This document shows positions 55,699-64,000 of a stretch of 64,000 nt of DNA, in pieces. Source of the DNA: Methanotrichaceae archaeon (GTDB taxonomy: Archaea; Halobacteriota; Methanosarcinia; Methanotrichales; Methanotrichaceae); contig CAWDLW010000030.1 in NCBI GenBank assembly GCA_963803145.1, positions 19,967-83,966 on the forward strand. Direction: 5' to 3'. Numbering within the stretch: position 1 is the stretch's first letter; every line of letters starts with the position of its first letter. The notes under the pieces were generated by a model. It was not told where the DNA came from, ran no database searches, and worked only from the letters and a program-made list of their open reading frames with translations. Position numbers and translations under genes: made by a program.

Positions 55699-57189
55699 TT
55701 GCTGGATAGGAATATTCTTTATAGCGCATACTTTACCAAAGATAAGCTGGTTCACCATCATATCAACTCGTTCAACGAATTTATAGATAGAGGCCTTCAG
55801 AAGGTCATAGATGAAGTTGGCACAATCGAGACAAACATTGAGAACACTTATGTGAAGCTTGGCAAAATCCACGTTGAGAAGCCGGTTGTGCGTGAGGCAG
55901 ACGGATCAGTAGAGAGACTATATCCAAATGATGCGCGCCTGCGAAACCTCACTTATGCATCTCCCATAAGGCTTGAGATGATAATAGTTGAGGGTGAAAA
56001 TGAGAAGGAGCCCGTGGAAGCCGAGATCGGAACTCTGCCGATAATGCTGATGTCGAAGACCTGCAACTTATACGGCATGTCCTCAGACGAAATGGTCACC
56101 TACGGCGAAGACCCATTGGACCCTGGCGGCTATTTTGTTGTAAACGGCTCAGAACGCGTGATAATGACGCTTGAAGATCTGGCCCCGAACAAGATTCTTG
56201 TCGAGTATAACCAAAGATACGATGAGTTTATTGAGGTTGCCAAGGTCTTTTCCCAGAGGCAGGGTTATCGTTCGCTAGTGATTGTAGAGCGGGGGCGTCG
56301 CTCAATACTGGAGGTCTCTTTCCCATCTGTATCTGGAAGATTAAACTTCGTGACTCTGCTGAGGGCTCTCGGATTGGAAACTGATATGGATCTAGTCAAG
56401 GCTGTTTCTGATAACCCCGAAATAATTAAGTTCATGCTTGAGAACCTCGAGGAGTCGGAGGTTGCAACAACAGAAGAGGCCCTTGAGAAGATAGGTACAC
56501 GAGTGGCAGCAGGCCAAGCAAAGGAGTACCAGAAGAAGAGAGCTGCCTACATACTTGATCGCTACCTTCTCCCGCATATCGGCGTAGAGGAGACGGACAG
56601 GTATGCTAAAGCGCTGTTCCTTGGAAGGATGGCCGAGGCATGCTTCGAACTCGCCTTGGGCCATAGAGGAGAGGATGATAAGGATCATTACTCGAATAAG
56701 AGGCTCAAGCTTTCCGGCGACCTTATGGAGGATTTGTTCAGAGTGGCCTTCAACAGACTTACAAGAGATATAAAATATCAGCTTGAGAGAGCGAGCATGA
56801 GGAACAGGGAGTTGAATGTTGTAACCACTGTAAGGGCCGATGTCCTGACTGAGAGAATGATCCATCCCTTAGCCACAGGCAACTGGGTCGGTGGCCGAAC
56901 AGGCGTATCCCAGCTTCTTGATCGCACTGATTACATGGCAACGCTGTCTCATCTACGCAGGGTAATATCTCCTCTATCCAGATCCCAGCCTCATTTCGAG
57001 GCCAGAGATCTGCACGCTACACAGTGGGGACGCATATGCCCAAGCGAGACACCAGAGGGGCCTAACTGCGGCCTTGTGAAGAACTTCGCCCAGGCTGTAG
57101 AGCTGAGCAAGGGCGTAGAAGACTATGAGGATATTAAAAAAATGCTTGCAGATATTGGACTGATTCCAGTAGGTGGTAACCTTGGCTGA
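55699..57189 (+). CDS. rpoB2: DNA-directed RNA polymerase subunit B'' (N-terminal half of the split Rpo2)
   Basis: 496 aa with strong RpoB N-terminal similarity ([10 protein letters not shown]...). TTG start after AGGTGAT. Confidence 0.95.
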   Translation: MLDRNILYSAYFTKDKLVHHHINSFNEFIDRGLQKVIDEVGTIETNIENTYVKLGKIHVEKPVVREADGSVERLYPNDARLRNLTYASPIRLEMIIVEGENEKEPVEAEIGTLPIMLMSKTCNLYGMSSDEMVTYGEDPLDPGGYFVVNGSERVIMTLEDLAPNKILVEYNQRYDEFIEVAKVFSQRQGYRSLVIVERGRRSILEVSFPSVSGRLNFVTLLRALGLETDMDLVKAVSDNPEIIKFMLENLEESEVATTEEALEKIGTRVAAGQAKEYQKKRAAYILDRYLLPHIGVEETDRYAKALFLGRMAEACFELALGHRGEDDKDHYSNKRLKLSGDLMEDLFRVAFNRLTRDIKYQLERASMRNRELNVVTTVRADVLTERMIHPLATGNWVGGRTGVSQLLDRTDYMATLSHLRRVISPLSRSQPHFEARDLHATQWGRICPSETPEGPNCGLVKNFAQAVELSKGVEDYEDIKKMLADIGLIPVGGNLG

Positions 57190-59017
57190 AGAGGGCGGAG
57201 TTCCTGAGGGCGCCAGGGTATTTGTCAACGGCGAGATCGTAGGACATCACCCTGAGCCGCTGAAGCTGGCTGAGAATTTGAGAAGGCTCAGGCGCGCAGG
57301 GAGTATTAGTACTCAGGTTAACGTTGCATATTACAGTGATACAAACGAGATCCTGATCAACACAGACTCCGGACGGGCAAGGAGACCGCTAATAGTTGTA
57401 GAAAATGGCCATGCGCTCATTACTGATGAGCACACTGCCAAAATTGCCAGGGGCGATCTAACCTTTGATGATCTTGTTAGAGCAGGTCTTGTAGAATACC
57501 TGGATGCAGAGGAGGAAGAGAACGGCCTCATAGCCATCTGGGAAGAGGACATAACCCCAGAGCATACTCACCTTGAGCTTGATCCCTCGCTCATCCTCGG
57601 AATAGCTACTGGCCTTGTTCCCTATCCAGAACATAACGCGAGTCCCAGAAACACAATGGGCGCAGGCATGATCAAGCAGTGCCTTGGCATGTCTATGGCA
57701 AACATGAAGCTCAGGCCCGACACAAGAGGGCACTATCTGAACTCGCCTCAAAGGGCTATTGTCAGGACTAAAACAGCCAAAGCAGTAGGGTTCGATGATA
57801 GGCCGGCGGGCCAAAACTTCGTTGTGGCAGTTCTCGCCTATGAGGGGTATAACATAGAGGATGCCCTTGTCATGAATAAAGGCTCGATAGAGCGCGGCCT
57901 TGCTAGAAGCCACTTCTTCCGCGTATCTGAGGCGGAGGAGAGAAAATACCCAGGCGGCCAGGAGGATAAATTTGAGATACCTGATGTCGAGGTACGCGGC
58001 GCCCGTGGATCTGAGTCGTATGAACAATTGGATTCCGATGGCCTGGTGAATCCAAATGCGAGCATTGGCCCAAACGATGTTCTTATAGGAAAGACAAGCC
58101 CGCCAAGGTTCCTTGAGGAGCCAAGCGAGTTCGGAATAACTCCTCAGCAAAGGCGTGAGACTTCAGTGACTATGCGGTCGAATGAGCGGGGCGTAGTCGA
58201 TATGGTCATTCTTACTGAGTCGTCGAACGGCAACCGCCTTGCAAAGGTCAAGACCAGAGATCAGCGTATCCCTGAACTCGGAGATAAGTTCGCCTCACGC
58301 CATGGGCAAAAGGGTGTAGTAGGACTTATTGTTCCACAAGAGGATATGCCTTTCACAGAAAGCGGTATCGTGCCGGACCTGCTGCTGAACCCTCATGCAA
58401 TTCCTTCAAGGATGACCGTTGGCCACGTTCTTGAGATGATCGGCGGTAAAGTCGGCTCTCTAGAGGGAAGGTTCATCGATGCGACTGCCTTCCTCGGCGA
58501 GACTGAAATAGACCTGCGTTCAGCCCTGACCAAGTTCGGCTTCTCTCATACAGGCAGAGAGATACTCTACAATGGCGCAACTGGCGAACAGATCATGGCT
58601 GATCTATTTGTCGGCGTGATCCTCTATCAGAAGCTCTATCATATGGTCACGGGAAAGATGCATGCCCGATCTCGAGGACCTGTGCAGGTGCTAACAAGGC
58701 AGCCGACTGAAGGCCGAGCCAGAGAGGGCGGTCTCCGGTTCGGAGAGATGGAAAGAGATGTGCTCATAGCCCATGGTGCAGCTCTTGCGCTTAAAGAGCG
58801 TTTAGTGGATGAATCGGATAAGGTTACAGAACTGGTTTGCAGCAACTGTGGAATGATAGCAATACATGATAGAAGAAGGAACGCAGATTTCTGTCCTGTC
58901 TGCGGAGCGGATACTGAAATTTATCCTGTTGAGATGAGCTATGCCTTTAAGCTCCTTCTGGATGAGATCAAATCACTAGGAGTCGCTCCGAGGCTGATAC
59001 TAGAGGATGCCGTATAG
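57173..59017 (+). CDS. rpoB1: DNA-directed RNA polymerase subunit B' (C-terminal half of the split Rpo2)
   Basis: 614 aa with [13 protein letters not shown], the GEMERD region and a C-terminal Zn ribbon CSNCG...CPVCG. The GTG start overlaps the rpoB2 end. Confidence 0.95.
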   Translation: MVTLAEEGGVPEGARVFVNGEIVGHHPEPLKLAENLRRLRRAGSISTQVNVAYYSDTNEILINTDSGRARRPLIVVENGHALITDEHTAKIARGDLTFDDLVRAGLVEYLDAEEEENGLIAIWEEDITPEHTHLELDPSLILGIATGLVPYPEHNASPRNTMGAGMIKQCLGMSMANMKLRPDTRGHYLNSPQRAIVRTKTAKAVGFDDRPAGQNFVVAVLAYEGYNIEDALVMNKGSIERGLARSHFFRVSEAEERKYPGGQEDKFEIPDVEVRGARGSESYEQLDSDGLVNPNASIGPNDVLIGKTSPPRFLEEPSEFGITPQQRRETSVTMRSNERGVVDMVILTESSNGNRLAKVKTRDQRIPELGDKFASRHGQKGVVGLIVPQEDMPFTESGIVPDLLLNPHAIPSRMTVGHVLEMIGGKVGSLEGRFIDATAFLGETEIDLRSALTKFGFSHTGREILYNGATGEQIMADLFVGVILYQKLYHMVTGKMHARSRGPVQVLTRQPTEGRAREGGLRFGEMERDVLIAHGAALALKERLVDESDKVTELVCSNCGMIAIHDRRRNADFCPVCGADTEIYPVEMSYAFKLLLDEIKSLGVAPRLILEDAV

Positions 59018-59025
59018 GTGAAAGC

Positions 59026-63088
<4,063 letters not shown>

Positions 63089-63105
63089 ATCAGGGGTGTT
63101 AAAGC

Positions 63106-63537
63106 ATGAGTGAGTTCAAACTCACATCAGAAGGTATCAGATATATCGCTTTATTTGAGAGCCTAACAGGCGGCATGGCCAGGGATTGCGTTGTTGATGC
63201 CGATAATGATAGAATAATCTTTGTCATTAAAAAGGGAGACATGGGTGCGGCCATTGGCAGAAAGGGCTCTAATATCAACCGCGTAAAAAAATCGATTGGC
63301 AAGCAGATAGAGATTGTAGAGTATAGCGATAATGTTAACGAGTTTCTGGAGAACCTCTTCCAGCCTGCATCGATAAAAAATGTCATGGTTGTGAACAAGA
63401 ATAATAAGCGATTGGCTTATGTAGAAGTAGCAAACAAGGACAAGGGCATTGCCATTGGAAGAGATGGAAGAAACATCCTTAAAGCCAAGATGCTCGCACA
63501 GAGACATCACGGCGTAGATGACATCATAATTCAATAG
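63106..63537 (+). CDS. nusA: archaeal NusA-like transcription termination/antitermination factor (two KH domains)
   Basis: 143 aa with GxxG KH motifs (AIGRKGSNI; AIGRDGRNI). Conserved operon position. Confidence 0.85.
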   Translation: MSEFKLTSEGIRYIALFESLTGGMARDCVVDADNDRIIFVIKKGDMGAAIGRKGSNINRVKKSIGKQIEIVEYSDNVNEFLENLFQPASIKNVMVVNKNNKRLAYVEVANKDKGIAIGRDGRNILKAKMLAQRHHGVDDIIIQ

Positions 63538-63565
63538 GACTTCGCGATTTACTAAGGTGAAATGA

Positions 63566-63994
63566 ATGGGAAAGGGAATTTATGCAGCCAGGAAGCTGGA
63601 GAGTGATAGGAAGACGATGAGATGGAGCTATCCCAAGTTCATCAGAAGAGTGTCAGGAAGCAGAGTGAAGGCCGATCCGCTGGGAGGCGCGCCCATGGGA
63701 AGAGGAATAGTCCTCGAGAAGGTGGGAATAGAATGCAAACAGCCTAACTCAGCAATAAGGAAGGCCGTCAGGGTTCAGCTTATTAAGAATGGCAGACAGG
63801 TTACTGCATTCTGTCCAGGCGATGGAGCTATCGGGTTCATAGATGAACACGATGAGGTTACAGTCGATCGCATAGGCGGACGAATGGGCAGGTCCATGGG
63901 AGATATCCCTGGAGTCAGGTTCAAGGTAATAGCTGTAAACAACGTTTCTCTGGGCGAGCTTGTGCGGGGAAGGAAAGAGAAGCCGGTGAGGTGA
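63566..63994 (+). CDS. rps12: 30S ribosomal protein S12 (uS12)
   Basis: 142 aa with KQPNSAIRK and the PGVRFKV region typical of archaeal S12. Confidence 0.95.
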   Translation: MGKGIYAARKLESDRKTMRWSYPKFIRRVSGSRVKADPLGGAPMGRGIVLEKVGIECKQPNSAIRKAVRVQLIKNGRQVTAFCPGDGAIGFIDEHDEVTVDRIGGRMGRSMGDIPGVRFKVIAVNNVSLGELVRGRKEKPVR

Positions 63995-64000
63995 TTAGGG

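Overview
This is an archaeal chromosomal segment from a methanogen. The gene content looks Methanosarcinales / Methanothrix-like, but that assignment is inference only. About 85% of the window is coding.

Core blocks:
- (1) argF, an orphan fwd(G-like)-B-D formylmethanofuran dehydrogenase paralog cluster, and two BatA/VWA membrane proteins.
- (2) aIF1/SUI1, an Sm-like protein and a NifU-like protein.
- (3) Cobamide late-step genes cobZ-cobS-cobY. Next comes the acetyl-CoA decarbonylase/synthase operon cdhA-B-C-[two ~60-aa Ala/Pro-rich paralogs]-cooC-cdhD-E. After it come cobD, a Cys-rich small protein and cbiB.
- (4) A 1288-aa TPR array protein.
- (5) The COG1900+CBS / NIL-ferredoxin homocysteine-synthesis pair and two radical SAM enzymes.
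- (6) iorAB, a HEAT-repeat protein and dodecin.
- (7) purP, a full fwdD-B-A-C operon and leuD-leuB.
- (8) An intron-containing tRNA-Lys followed by the canonical rpoH-B2-B1-A1-A2-rpl30e-nusA-rps12 cluster.

Two stretches look accessory or decayed:
- 33.0-35.7 kb holds vapBC, a leuC fragment abutting a DUF262 N-terminal fragment, about 700 bp of noncoding DNA and an orphan ORF.
- 42.2-47.0 kb holds a beta-carbonic anhydrase, a frameshifted IS5-family transposase and a choice-of-anchor-C secreted protein. It is bounded by tRNA-Leu(CAG) and a 14-nt copy of that tRNA's 3' end.

Many genes use TTG or GTG starts behind strong GGAGG/GGTG Shine-Dalgarno sites, so several ORF-track starts were trimmed. 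No rRNA or CRISPR array was seen.

The most novel-looking signal is the pair of conserved microproteins inside the cdh operon. All family calls come from motif recognition by eye; no database search was run.
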